Shown in pieces: positions 10,914 to 23,577 of a stretch of DNA of 64,000 nt (positions within the stretch are counted from its first letter, which is position 1; the number at the start of each line of letters is the position of its first letter). The DNA comes from Klebsormidium nitens. Taxonomy: Eukaryota > Plantae > Klebsormidiophyceae. A program made the translations under genes and the position numbers. The stretch is taken from contig DF237430.1 of NCBI GenBank assembly GCA_000708835.1, positions 1 to 64,000 of the forward strand, in the 5' to 3' direction. Below the pieces are notes generated by a model. It worked only from the letters and a program-made list of their open reading frames with translations. It had not been told where the DNA came from and made no database searches.

Positions 10914-11979
10914 GTTGGGAGTGATGTAAAGTGCACCGTCTCTAATCTCAATGTAAGCACTTGGGCTGTCCTGATCTCTGGTGGAGTTATCGTCTTGTGT
11001 GCCGGGAAAGATCTGGAGGCAGCCACTCCGAAAGTCGATTCGGACCATGAAGATTTAAGTCAGGGGAGCAGTGTCTACCCCTGTTGACTACCACCAGAAT
11101 AAACACGCTGAGTGCGCGGTGGCTATCTTCGGCTGCTCTCATTCCTAAAAGTCCAACTCAAGCCGAATGCGATCTACGTATATGTAGACGTATACCTTCT
11201 TGTATATCTCCTTCTCATAGCATTCAAAGGATTCGCACTCGTGGTCAGAAGCTGTTCATGTAATGCGGCATGCTTCCTCCCAGAACGTGGCCGTCTTCTG
11301 ATTTCTCTGCAACGAGCCTGCCTCCTGCTATTCGAGTGCAAAGGGCCAATGGAATCCAGTTAGAACCACCTCTCATTCTACTCAGTGCGGCGCCTCAGTG
11401 CTTTTCAAAGCTGGCCGTCTCCAAAATGGCGCAATGATGACGCCATGCTGCTGAAGGATACATCCATGTGCTTATGCCCGACTGACTTTTCGACCTCTAC
11501 TACTAGCTTTTCGGTAATCAATAGAGCGCTTACTATGTTACTAGGCTTGCCGCCGACCGTGGACAGCCTGGAGAGCTTCTAATCCGAGCTTGTTCCAGTA
11601 GGGTACTCAACGATGAAGTCTGATGAAGTCCCCCAAACTGTGACGCTACTTAGGCAGACTTTCACTCCAGTATGTACGCAGTCTGAAGTAGTGATATGAA
11701 CTCCATGTTGGTAGGTCAAGGAGGGCTCCGAGTCCGGATAGGTACACTGGTCTGAGCCCGGCCGAACTGAGCCAGCTACTACCTGAATTTACGCGCGCGG
11801 ATGTTTGATGAAAAGTGTCATCAACGGCTCAGAACTGAGGCCCTAAGTATGATCCACTGGTTTAAGCTCCAGATCAATCGGCCCGCGCGCGCTGGCAAAC
11901 ATTGCACGCGGCCAGGGTGTGTTACTTAGGCCGCTTCACATGGGAGATGAGGATGCGTACGAGGATTAGTAATCACCTA

Positions 11980-12173
11980 CCGGACCGTCCTGCAGTTGAT
12001 TTCGGCCAAAAAAATAATTACCTGCCCTGCCGAAATTCGCTGGAAAATATGTTGAAGCGATAAAGGTCGATAACGGATATTTTTAGCAGGTAACGCTAGG
12101 TCTGCCGAAAGGATTGAAAGTTTCATAAGTAATCAATCGGCGTCGAACCTGCCGAAATCAAATGCAGATACGG
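11980..12173. mobile_element. Degenerate Tc1/mariner-pogo-like MITE (about 194 bp)
   Basis: Imperfect TIRs CCG(GACCG)TCCTGCAGTTGATTTCGGC (11980-12006) and GCCGAAATCAAATGCAGATACGG (12151-12173). TA on both sides. Internal repeated CTGCCGAAA motif. Confidence 0.6.
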
Positions 12174-12190
12174 TAGTAAGGACCGTACTA

Positions 12191-12481
12191 CCGTAGTCCA
12201 ACGTGATGATTCCGAACGATTTTAATTTCGAATTATTTTCCGACAATCCGACCAGGAAAGCGGATTTATTTATGCTGAATCCGACAACAATCCGAATGCC
12301 CTATGTTCTCACTTGGAAGATGATTTTCAGGGGTATTTTGGCCATTTTGGGGCTTCCTAGGGACATTCCAGAATTATATTACCTTTCCGAATCTCCACTT
12401 TCCGAACGGGAAATTTGAATTTCTGACTTTCCGAATGCAGATAATTATTTATTTATTCGGAATCATTACCTTGGACTACGG
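12191..12481. mobile_element. Tc1/mariner-pogo-like MITE (291 bp)
   Basis: 26-bp TIRs with 2 mismatches (CCGTAGTCCAACGTGATGATTCCGAA 12191-12216; TTCGGAATCATTACCTTGGACTACGG 12456-12481). TA target duplication at 12189-90 and 12482-83. Many internal TCCGA(A/C) motifs. Confidence 0.88.
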
Positions 12482-13533
12482 TAATACCAATCTGGTGTAG
12501 ATTTGTACTGCCTGCCTGTGCAGTATCTAATGTGCATCGTCGCCAAAATGCTGACGCAGAAGCAGCATCACAAAGCGCTTCAGATGCACGGTCAGGAATC
12601 AGAATCCTGAGTCCAAAATCATTGGCCTTGGTTTGATTACTAGCCCGCTATGACGAGCTACTGTAGTGACGGTTGCTTCCTCGCACTTTTCGCAATGATG
12701 GCACCATTGTGAATCTGGATAAGGTGGATACCTACACTACCTAAGATACCGTAGTCTGGATGCTGCCTCAGAAGAAAAGTTTATTCGACCCCACCGCTGG
12801 CACTTCACCGCGTCTTCCTGTTCCTTTTCTTGTTTCATACCCACCGTTGCAGCTTTCGTAGGAGCTGGCAACTTGTGCCAGCTGACGACTTACGTGTTTA
12901 GAAGGAGCTGGCGGCAAGCTTGCCTTCCTTTGGCGGTATATGACTGCTGAACTCAAAGCATCACGTGTGTATATTTCTACCCGATAATCTCTAGATGTAA
13001 GTAACTGAGCTGCCACTTACCATGTGGATTCAGCTTTGACAACTTACTGGGAGAAACACTGAGCCGATATGGGGGAGGAGAGACAAGGTCTACCGGGAGC
13101 GGCAGATCCAGCTTCTGAAGTGACCTTTTCAAGCAGTTGGTATAGCTCATCAAGCGATATATGGAGCTTTGAACCAATGGACAGGAGATTGCAGTGGTAA
13201 TCTTCGTTACTGGCAGTCAGCATCCCCACTAGCTTCAAGTATTAAGCAGCAATCTACTTCCTGTAGCTTCTGAATAGCATTGCTGGCATGCTAAGAGTGT
13301 GTGCAGTGGCATCATTGGATCATTAGTCACAGCACAAAGCTGGGATTGTCGTTAGGCAGGGCATTTGAGTTGAATAGTTGGCTCGTGGCTGCACATTTCC
13401 AGACGCACAATGTTGAGCCATCTGAGAGCAAAGGAGCATAGGGCTCTGTTGCAAGCAGAAGAGCGAACTTCATGCAGCTATGTAGGTTTGACTTGTTGAT
13501 GCTACAAAGTTCTCATCCAAGCGCCGAGCTGGC

Positions 13534-16500
13534 ATGATGCCATCGATCCAGCAGGGTGCTGATGATATTGCCGCAAGTGTGCGGGCCAGCAGCACTTTGA
13601 GGGATCAACCCTCTGAGTTATTCCGGACGACCATAAATGGTCAGGTATTTGGAAGCTCTAGGGCTCTGCCTTCACTTTCTCCAGTTTCAACCCCTCAGAA
13701 TAAATCAGTGCGAGGATTCGACACCCCATCAACAAGTCCCAGGCAAGAAAAAGACCCTACTTTACATGGTGATGATGACGGCAAAAGGAGCGGGCCAGAG
13801 CTTCCCAGCAAGATGCAGCACCCAGCGGTTGCACGAGACCACCCTCCAGCTTCAGTGCAACCGCTTCAAGAGGGAGGAGGCACTGCCCATCCTTTTGCCC
13901 TGGAACCCCAATCGGACGGTAGGTTTCTTCAAGTGGTTGTACATCTGCTTGCAGACCTTAGCATAGTGCTGATCACGTTTCTAACTTTGAGATTCTGAAG
14001 CAAGCTCTGGGGTAAACTTTGAAATAGCTGAAGCTTGCACTCTCTACACAAATCTCAAAGCTTTTCCAGAGATGCTGATGAGTTACATGTCCATTTCATT
14101 CACCAATGGCCCGTCAACTGCAGGCGGATACATTGTGGCCCTCTTCAATCACAGAGGATAACATGGACCTTGAAAGCTTATTGTAATCTGCATCCATTTT
14201 AGCTGCCAAACCAGAGACTCCTGTCACAGGACCTCGACCATTTTTGTAATACATGGTTCATTGCCACACACTCAGCTCTGCAATCAGCAAAGATCTACTG
14301 TGCATAAGCAACTTGGTTTCTAAATCTGCTCTACTCTCAAATACTCCTCAATACCGGACGCCTTTGCAATGCTAAACTTCTGTCTTTGTATCCTGCAGCT
14401 GGAAGCAGTCCCAGCTCTCGCCCTGGCAGACTCGTGCTTCCTAAGATCGCTGCGATTGGGGATGCAAATCTCAGGCCGCTGCAGGTGGTTGAAAGTGGAG
14501 AAAACGGAGAAAGGTTGGGCGATAGGACAGTGCAGCCTCCATTGGGGAAGGAGTCGGAGCACAAACGTGACCATGCAGGGGCCCATCCTCAGGATGATCT
14601 AGTTCAATTAAGCCCGGTACAAAAGACGGAGCTTGTGAGGCCGTCCAAAATATGGAGGTTTACCTCCCTTCCAAGCAGAGTCAACCCCACAGCACTTACT
14701 GACGAGGAAGGTACGACCTTTTCTCGCCAAGAGGCTGGGCCCAACAGAAAAACGGAGGCATTGATCATACGCTCCCAACGTCGCTTGTCGTCGGAATGTT
14801 TCTTTTCAGGCCCGTTCCTCTGCAGGCAATCGAGAAGGACATTTATTGCACGTCGATTGGAGGTACTCAGTTGCTTGTTCTGAAACAACAAAGACGTCAA
14901 GATCAAATCTTTTCTCCACGTTATCAAATCTGCAGAAGACGGCCAGGGTACGGACCCCTATTCCCCGGACTCGCCAGCAGAGAAGCGCAGGATGCAAGTG
15001 AAGAAATTCAGCTTGGAAAAGTTCAAAGCGGCGAGTCCGCAAGGAGTGGTAAGCTTCAGCTGTACTCTTGAAGTCATGAATCAGCAGGTTATGGTCCTGA
15101 GCACTGGCAGACTGCGATTGCGGCAAAAGTCGTTGACATCACGAGTTACCAGCTCACTTCCTGTTTACTTGCTGTCATGCGACAAGGGTCATTCACATTT
15201 GATCAGTGTCATACTGGAGAATCTCGCCTTCCAGGTGATGATGCGCAACATGACAAGGGCGAAAACTCACAACCGAAAAATTCTGCAAGGTATGTGTTCG
15301 CTCTCCCTACAAGAGGTCCACTTGGCGAGGGAATAACGTCGATTGAGCTTCACTATCCTGACATATAAGTCGAAGCGTGCCTTGCCGATTAGCTTCATTG
15401 CTTTCATTCTCGGTGGTGCAGCTTAGCCATGACAGCGTATCAACGGTGCTTTATCGCAGAAGATGCAATCAGCTTATCGTGCCAGTTTCACAAAAACATA
15501 TGCTGACTATCTTCATTCACTATCCCTCTTGGCAGGTATCCCCGAATTCCAATCTGCGGTTTCAGACTCCAAGCGGAAAAGCAAGCGGACTGAGCCAAGT
15601 GCTGAGGTCAGGACCTCAAACCCAAAGCCACAACTTTTGCAAAGTGTGCCCACGCTGTGTTTCATGCCTATCATTCGCATGTATTAAAGCGGACAGTGCT
15701 TGCTTACGAGTCCCAGGCGGTGTCAGCTTGCACGAGCGGGGCCGATCGCCTGGCCATATTGAACACAATGCTTTCTGTTTGAACGTCAACACGCGCAGTT
15801 CAAGATGACAATCTTTCGGTCGTGCAGGCTAGAAGGTCCTGGCTTCATCAGTACATCTATCGCATCTCCGATAGCGCAATCTTGGTGGTGTTCTTTACCA
15901 TATTGACGGTGTACTCTCTGCTGGGGGACGACTTCCGCGCTTGGGTCTGCCCTAAGAGTTCTGATGCAGCTTTTCACTGGATGACGGGCTTCTGCCTGGT
16001 GATGTTCTCCCTTGAGATAAGTGAGTGGATCGACCTTCCACCACCTGCTCACATAATTCATGGTTCAATTGGAACCTAGTCTTGTTTGTTTGTCGGAACA
16101 GGCAGCAACTGTCACTGCAAAATAGAAAGGGCTCCGTCTTCTTACGTTTGAAATGCCCTGGACCCGCCGCTGAACACCGCACCGTCCGCTTTCACACGCA
16201 TTGGGTCCCTTTCATAGGCTGGCAGCTACAACAATTGTTCATATTTTGATAGATCGACTCGAGTGCAGGCATCGAATCTGCTCCCCATCGAATGCCCTCC
16301 TGCTTAGACCTACTTTTCAAAGACTTTGACGAAATCCACCAGGTCCTCCGTCTGCCAGCTCTCTTGACCCTTGTTCGTGGCGAGTTTGCCAAGCTACGGT
16401 TGCCAATTTTCGCAAAGCTACCCCGAGCGTACGGCCCACAAATCTCGGCCTTTATTTCTCGGTGAACTTTCTACCTCGGTCTTCAGAACTGCCACCATGT

Positions 16501-19500
16501 CGGTCTTGTTTGGGACCACTTTCCGCGCTCGCAAGCACGAAATGTTTCAACGCACGAATTTTGTGCACCGCAAGAAGCACTCACCAAACATCCCCGCCTT
16601 GCTCCATCGCAGTGATGAACTCCATCGTCGTCCCCCGATACTTCCTGGGGTTCTACTTCTTCCTGGACCTCATCTCAACCGCGTCCTTACTTCTGGACAT
16701 CCCGGCGGTGGCGGACGCGATCCTGGGGTATGGCGCAAGTGAGTCGCGTGAGTGAACAGGGCCCAGAGCATTCTGTTCCACTCGCCTGCTTGCTGTCTCT
16801 TCCAGTCGATGTGACTCGCAGCAGGTTCTGATCATGTTGGAATCAGAGGGGGACCGTAAGTATACAGTCAGTCCCGAGGCAGTATCTTGTTGCGATTGCG
16901 GTTTCCTCGCGGAATTCTTCGGCTCCGAGGACATGCCTCACTTGACTCTTTATTCGTAACACTTCGCACCGACTAAGATTATCTGTTGCACTTGCCAGAT
17001 AATCCTGCGACGATCTTGAGAGCTGGACGTGCCTCGAGGGCGGGAGCGAAGGCAGGTCGGATCATACGGATCATCAGGCTCGTTCGGTTGGTGGATGTCC
17101 AAAAGGCAGTTCACAAAAACTCGGAAAGCAAACATCAGAAAGAGAAAGCAAAGGTGAGCATCTATGCACCCGATAATGCTTCAGCCGAAGCTGGCCAGCG
17201 TTCCATTGTGCGAGAAACCAATGACGATCGCTGCTTTTGTTGTTTGGAGTTTCTGCTGAAATTCCATTCATAGACGGGCACCGTTTCCCCTCCAGAAGAC
17301 TCCCGTTACCATCACACATCACGAGGTTGACTTGCTATTCTGTTTGATGTGTCTCTTCTGTTTTGCATAGAACACTAAGTGACAGCACAAGCTTACAGCA
17401 ATGAGTTCCAATTGTTGTAATGCTGTCACTTCCTTCGTCGATGTCTGGGAAAACCGGCTCGTTGGCCCCGAGAAAATATAACGGAAACAAGTCCCCTTGG
17501 AGTTGCGCTCATACTGTTCTTCGCAGCTCCTCCGACGTTTCGCATCGGTTCATCCTGCTCAGATCCAGGCGCTTTCCCCTTGTCCGTCGCAGGCCTCGGA
17601 TCTGGACGTCCTGGATTTGGACACCAAGCAGAGCCGAGTGAGCCACGTGCTGTCCGAGAAAATCACGATCCACCTCATCGTCATCGTGCTGCTCATGCTC
17701 CTCGGCAGCCACATCTTCTTCGGAGGCCACTTTGGCCACATCCCGGACTTCATGCAGCCGGGCCTTGAGGTAAGGGAAAAAGCAAAGCTTTTCAGACAAA
17801 GGCAACAGTTCTGCTGACCTCCCTGTCGCACGCTGCGCCGCGCGAGTCCATTCTAGGAACTTCGAAGGTTGTGTGATGAAATTTACTTTGGAGCCTTGCT
17901 TCGACTTCCGTTCGTGCTGGCCACTTCTGTTGAAGGTTCTCATTCTATGCAGACCCTCCACGACATGTACGTCGATCTCTTGCCGCTGTACGGCAACTTT
18001 ACGGCCATGAGGAACAGCAGCGTGCCCTTCCAAGTGGTACTGGGGGTCTACAGTCATACCACGAGGCCCCTCCTCAAACTGGTGAGCCGCAACACAACCA
18101 ACCTCAGTAACTGTTAGTTCTGTCTTAGAAACATCTGAATTTTCACCTATTCGCTGATCTTGAGTTCTCAATGGAGTCGCTCGAATTTGAGCAGAGATCT
18201 CCTTCTTGACACCCTCTTTCCGGCCCCAGGTATTGAACGGAACCACGGTCCTAGACGATCCGTACCGGATCTCCCATTTGCGGCCCAGCAGCGAGATGCA
18301 TTTGATCACGTACCGAAACAGTGAAGCGGACTTTGACACCAAACAAGATGCCACTCTGGCGGGCCTCCTGGGATTCTGGCAGTGAGTCTTCATCTATCAA
18401 CAATTTTCGCCCCGTGTTGAGCAATGGGAACTTATTGTGTAAAAGCGCACATCCTCCCAGAAAATTACGCCATGTCCGGCAGATAAATGTGTTGTTCGCG
18501 TGGCAATTTTGAACTCAAAGGACCCGACCGTACGGCGCTCACTTCTCGGCTTCTGCTGCCTGCAGGACCATTTTTGTGTGCTTCGTTCTCGGTTTGGGTT
18601 CCATGCTCTTCAGCAGGGACGCTCATAACATCGTCCTCCTACCCTTGGAGAGAATCATCAAGAGGGTCAAGGATATTGCGGAGAACCCACTCATGCAGCA
18701 GGTAATGCTGGAGTCTTTTATGCTCCTGGTAAGAGGAGCATCATCACATGCGGCTTCCTAAGGAATCACACTATGCGTTGAGCTTCTGTTGACAGGCTAG
18801 TGACATCCGGGAGCATTATCGTCAAGTGTCCAAGGAGCATGGGTTAGCCAGCGCTATCCATGAAAGCTTTTAGGCTCTCGATCCGGTTCATTATCCAGAA
18901 TGATACGTCCATGATGAATGCGCCGAGCGAGACCTCTCTGAGTACTTCGAAGCAGCCAGAAGTTCATGTGTCTGCTTCATCTCGGTACTGACGGAAGCTT
19001 GTGCTGTCGTTCGCAGACTCAGTTCGTTACAACGAGTGGCATCGACGGCACGAGCGCAGAGGTAGAGGTGAGACCGAAGTGACTGTCTATTGGAGCCTTT
19101 TTCCTTTGAAGTTTCATTACGAGACGGCGGGAATGCTTCAGCAGACCGCGCTTAGCTGCTCTTCAACTCATATCTTCTCTGCTTACCCAGACGCGCGGCT
19201 TGGAGGCGTCCATCGGCAAGATCTGCTCGCTGCTGGCCATCGGGTTTGGCGACGCGGGCGCGGAGATCATCGGCGAGAACATGAAGAATGGCGGGGACCT
19301 GAACCCCATGGTGCCTGGCCGAAAGGTCAACGCTATTTTTGGCTTCTGCGACATCCGGCAATTCACGGAGACGACAGAAGTGCTCCAAGAGCAGGTGCGA
19401 CTTGAAGAACGACGACTGTTCCAGGATTCTTGCGCTGTTTGTTTTCGAGAGCCTTTTTGAATGGTGGTTGTGCGCTTGGATGTCGCAAGGATGTCAACGT

Positions 19501-22092
19501 TCTTGACAACTGGTAATTGGTGCGCGCTTGTTCTCAGGTGATGGAGTTCGTCAACTGCATCGCAAGGATTGTACATATGGAGGTTTCGTTGCACGGCGGC
19601 AGCGCAAACAAGGTAGGGTTGGAATTCCGGCTGAGTCTGGCCGCTCGATTTGCTTTTTCGCATTCATTTTTCAAGCTATTACTTGCTGGTATGGCACCTC
19701 AAATCTTTATCAACTTCTAGCTCATCGAATCGTACCCTGTTTGAATCAACACATTTCAGCGATGCTTAAGCATATGTTTCATGCAGAATCGGAGGGCGTC
19801 TCTGCCTGGCATGGTGTTCAACTTTTACGCCCCTTTGCTTAAACCACTGGTGCTTTGCTCGATGACCCCAAGCAAAGACATGAGCATGCTCTTTGCTTGC
19901 TGGGCACGGTTATAAACCCTTCTCTTCCTGTTTCTCTGTCAGAACATTGGGGATGCCTTCCTGCTGGTCTGGAAATTTCCAGCCAGCATCGACTACACCG
20001 GGGGAATATTTGAGAACGAAACGGACAAAGTGGAGGTGCAAAGGGTAGGTAGTACTCATCAGCCCTCGCAGGGTAATTCTATGGTGAAAGCCCTCTGCTT
20101 CTTCGGGTCTTTGAGCACCTCTGCTTGCAAAGGATGACTCCTGTCAGGATACGGGCAGTGTTCTAGACCTAAGTGAGGCAGTCAGAGCTACAATCGAGTT
20201 CGAAACGTGTCCGCAGGTTGCGGACCGCGCGCTGGCGGCTTTCTTGGCCATCCAGGCAGCACTGAGGCGCAGTGCCAAGCTGGGCCAGTTCTCGTACCAT
20301 CCGGGCCTTTTAAAAAGGTTCAAGGTGGACCGCTTCGAGGTGGGCTCCTCTAATGACGAACTTCTGTAGCCTCTGCAAACCAATATTCTTTGGTTGTGTC
20401 CTTCGTCGTCGATTAAGCATTGAGCATGATGCAAAGCTCAGTGCCGTCCAACGAGAGATTTCCAGCCGAGAGTCTATAACGCATGCATCTTCGGTCCTGG
20501 TGATAATCTCCTTTTCTTATCAGGAAAGGTAGACAGAGCTTCCCTTTGCTGGATGCGACGAAATAATGGATACGCCGTCCGCAGGTTTCGAGTTTCCCAT
20601 GACTTGCTGTCCAGATCAAGATGGGGTTCGGCCTGCACGTGGGGTGGGCCATCGAGGGTGCCATCGGGTCCGAGTACAAGATCGACGCGTCGTACCTGTC
20701 ACCCAACGTAAACATGGCGTCCCGCCTGGAGGCCGCCACAAAGCAGTTCGGCGTGCCTCTGCTCATGAGCGAGGCGTTCTTCGACATTCTGTCGCCCAAG
20801 ACAAGGCGGCGCGTGCGCCAGATTGACACCGTGTCGGTCAAAGGTGAGGCCCCCGCTCGCTCGCTGCGCCCACACGAGAAGCTTCCCCGGATGCTACTAA
20901 CTCATGAAAGCCGGGTCGACGTCCGAGCCACGGTCAAAGAGACGCCCTCTTCTGAGAAGCACTCGTTTCAGCAGTCCCTCTTCTTATGCTGCAGGGAGCG
21001 AGATGCCGGTTGGCTTGTTCACCTACGACGTCAATGTGGAGGCAATCCCAAGGCCAGCAAGCTTCATCGGTAAGCAGGACATTCTGGGCTTCGTTTATCA
21101 AGCGGTTGCCGTGCTTCCGTGCCTGTCTTAGGAATACGATAGAGAAGTTTTACGCATCTGGACTTCCTGCATGTCCTTCAAACGCCAGCGTTTGCTAAGT
21201 TCCACTGGCAGCTGTCAGCTTGGGTGCCGTTCCTCCGCTTACCTCTGCACAGACTGCTGTGTTGACGAGCCCTATCAATGGATTCGGAACAAGCGGCTTG
21301 GCCACGTGACTCTTGGTGGCAGTACAGAGGACGGCCTTCTCTTGCAGACCCCAACGTGTTGCATGGGCCAGAGGACAGCCCCAGCTGTCAGGACTTCGAC
21401 GACGAGTTTGAGGAGCACGAGGACATCGTCAACATGACCGTCAAAGATAATGAGTTCCTCTTTGTGTACAAGAAGGGGTGAGCTGCTGTCTTGGGTTGTT
21501 CCCTTTCGCTTCTAGTCCTCTGATGGACTCGTTCTCCTGTTGTAGCACTTTCGTCCATCTTTTCCTTCTTAGACAGCTCAATCTGCTCTTTTTGCTTCAG
21601 CAGCTCGTGAATCACGTGGATCCTCAACGTTCGAGTTGAAATCCGTGGTCTTTCATGTTATTGGCAGAGGTTTTAACTAGTAGTCAGCCGTGCTAAGTAT
21701 GACCATGAGATTTGCCATTCAAGCGTTGTACAGAAACTCCAACCGGAACGGACATTTATCCAGGCGCAGCTCTGCATCCGCACGCCTTCAGATTCGATCG
21801 CGAATAACCAGATTTATCAAATAACTGTTCACTGGTGCTTGTGCTCTAACCAGAGTTGTACGCTTATGTTGCTCAGTGTGCGTGCTTGCGTCCCTGCAGG
21901 CTCGACATGTACAAGATAGGCAAGTGGGAGGATGCTCGAACCCACTTCGAGCAGTGCGAAACAATGCGGCGAGATCACCGGGGACATGTGCTCAGGGACG
22001 GCCCGAGCCGGACCCTTCTTGACTATTTGGCAACGCACAACAACCGGGCACCGGGTAGATGGAAAGGCTATAGGGAGCTCACAGACAAGTAG
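13534..22092 (+). CDS. Voltage-sensor/ion-channel-like domain fused to a class III adenylyl cyclase (ciliate/apicomplexan ACalpha type), about 20 exons; true start uncertain (possibly 13069)
   Basis: Hydrophobic S1-S3-like segments (15830-16740); S4-like LRAGRASRAGAKAGRIIRIIRLVRLV; further TM segments; LLAIGFGDAGAEII; cyclase motifs FGFCDIRQFT, ANKNIGDAF, GFGLHVGWAIEGAIGSEYKIDASYLSPNVNMASRLE; C-terminal GPSRTLLDY...WKGYRELTDK* tail typical of this family. Confidence 0.92.
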
Positions 22093-23577
22093 CTTAAGCA
22101 TAGGAGTAGTTGAAAATGCGGAACAAGTGCATGACGCACTGCACTGTACTTACTGAGTAGGAGTAGGTTAGAAGGACACGCTCGCAAGCTGCGACAGGCA
22201 GAGTTGAGGAATCGGTATTGATTTGCAGCCCCATACGGTCGGAATCGGTAACGAGAAATTGTATATTGAGAGCTTACTCTGGTAAAGAGAGTGATTGTTG
22301 ATCCTCTTTCGATGGAGCACTGCGATTTCAGTGTTAGGAGAGTCAGCATTTGCAAGCAGAACTTAAAGCGAACTCCTTTGAGTGTCTGACGTGTTTGCCT
22401 TGTCTTACGAAATTGTTGTCAGCGGCTCCTAAGAATGTCCGAGACAGAGCTCATGCAACTCTTCCCAGGATTCGATGATCTTCTGAAAATCGGCTCGCTG
22501 TATATATCATTCTTTGACAGGAGCTCGGTCACTTAACAGCCAGTTGTGATCTAGATAAACTAAAATCTGATCACATGAACTGTACTAGACACAGTGGGTA
22601 GCCGTAGGATCGATCGATGCCATAATGCCAGATGGGCTTCTCCCTAGTACGGCGCAGCCAAGCGTTTTGACAGTAGCTTCATCAGATCAGCAGCCAGATA
22701 TGCTCGGACGGTTCCCGGACGGTTATCTACTGTACTGATCAAGTACTGATATGTCATCGGCAGGTACTAAGCCCCGGTCCGACCCCATGCAGCTCCATCC
22801 GCCGACCGCTTTCAAGTTTCAGGTTCTCGGCTCTGGGCCCTGGGCCCCCGGGGGTTGTTTGTGAGAATCTCGACAATGATTGGAATAAGACGATATGATG
22901 ACATTCTCGTCGTGTGTCGTACCTACTACCTAGGTATGCATCGCGGCCGTCCAATATTTCCGTCTCACTAACGGGGCGCACGTGTGAGAGCTTACGTAAC
23001 GAACGAAGTTGCACCCCAACTTCGGAAGCTCGAGGCCCCGTAAACGCTGCGGACCGCTGGACGCCTGGTTATCCGCTCACAGAGGTGATGCCGTATACTT
23101 GAATAACGGGCCTTTACGATCAGCATTATGACGTCGGTTTCGCAGTGAGAGGTGCATGTGAAAGTTTACAGTACGAGAGTGAGCGCACAACTTTACCCTA
23201 GCTGACGGTGTTCTCAAGTCGGAGGAAGGTAGTCGTGCTCGCTGAAAAGTTGTGAATGGTGCGGCGGCTCCAAGCTCAGTCCAAGTTGCCTTGCAATGTT
23301 CCATCACTAGGGGTGCGCAGTCTAGACGAAGCAAACGCGTCTGGATTGCAGGAATATAGCACGCATCTGGAAAATCACAGAACAGGTGCCGCTCTTTTGC
23401 ATGGACCCATTGAAGAGCCTTCTATAAAACCTTCAACCATCACACAAACTTTGAAGTGCCGCTCTATAAGCCCAGACGGCGCGCTTCCATCAGCAGCATC
23501 AGAGTCCAAGCACGCAAAGACCACTGCAAAGCTTTCCAGCTACTTCATTTCAGCATCGCGCTCGTTTTGGAGGCGCA

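Noticed and set aside
11619-11650. CTGATGA hammerhead-like core
   Set aside because: No downstream GAAA or compatible stems
11805-11824. TTGATGA/TCATCAA hairpin; similar 8-bp hairpin at about 23004-23024
   Set aside because: Stems of 7-8 bp are expected by chance in 64 kb; no associated structure
17509-18393. 294-aa - strand ORF inside the cyclase gene
   Set aside because: Antisense to cyclase exons, low-complexity translation, no motif; best explained by codon-bias shadow
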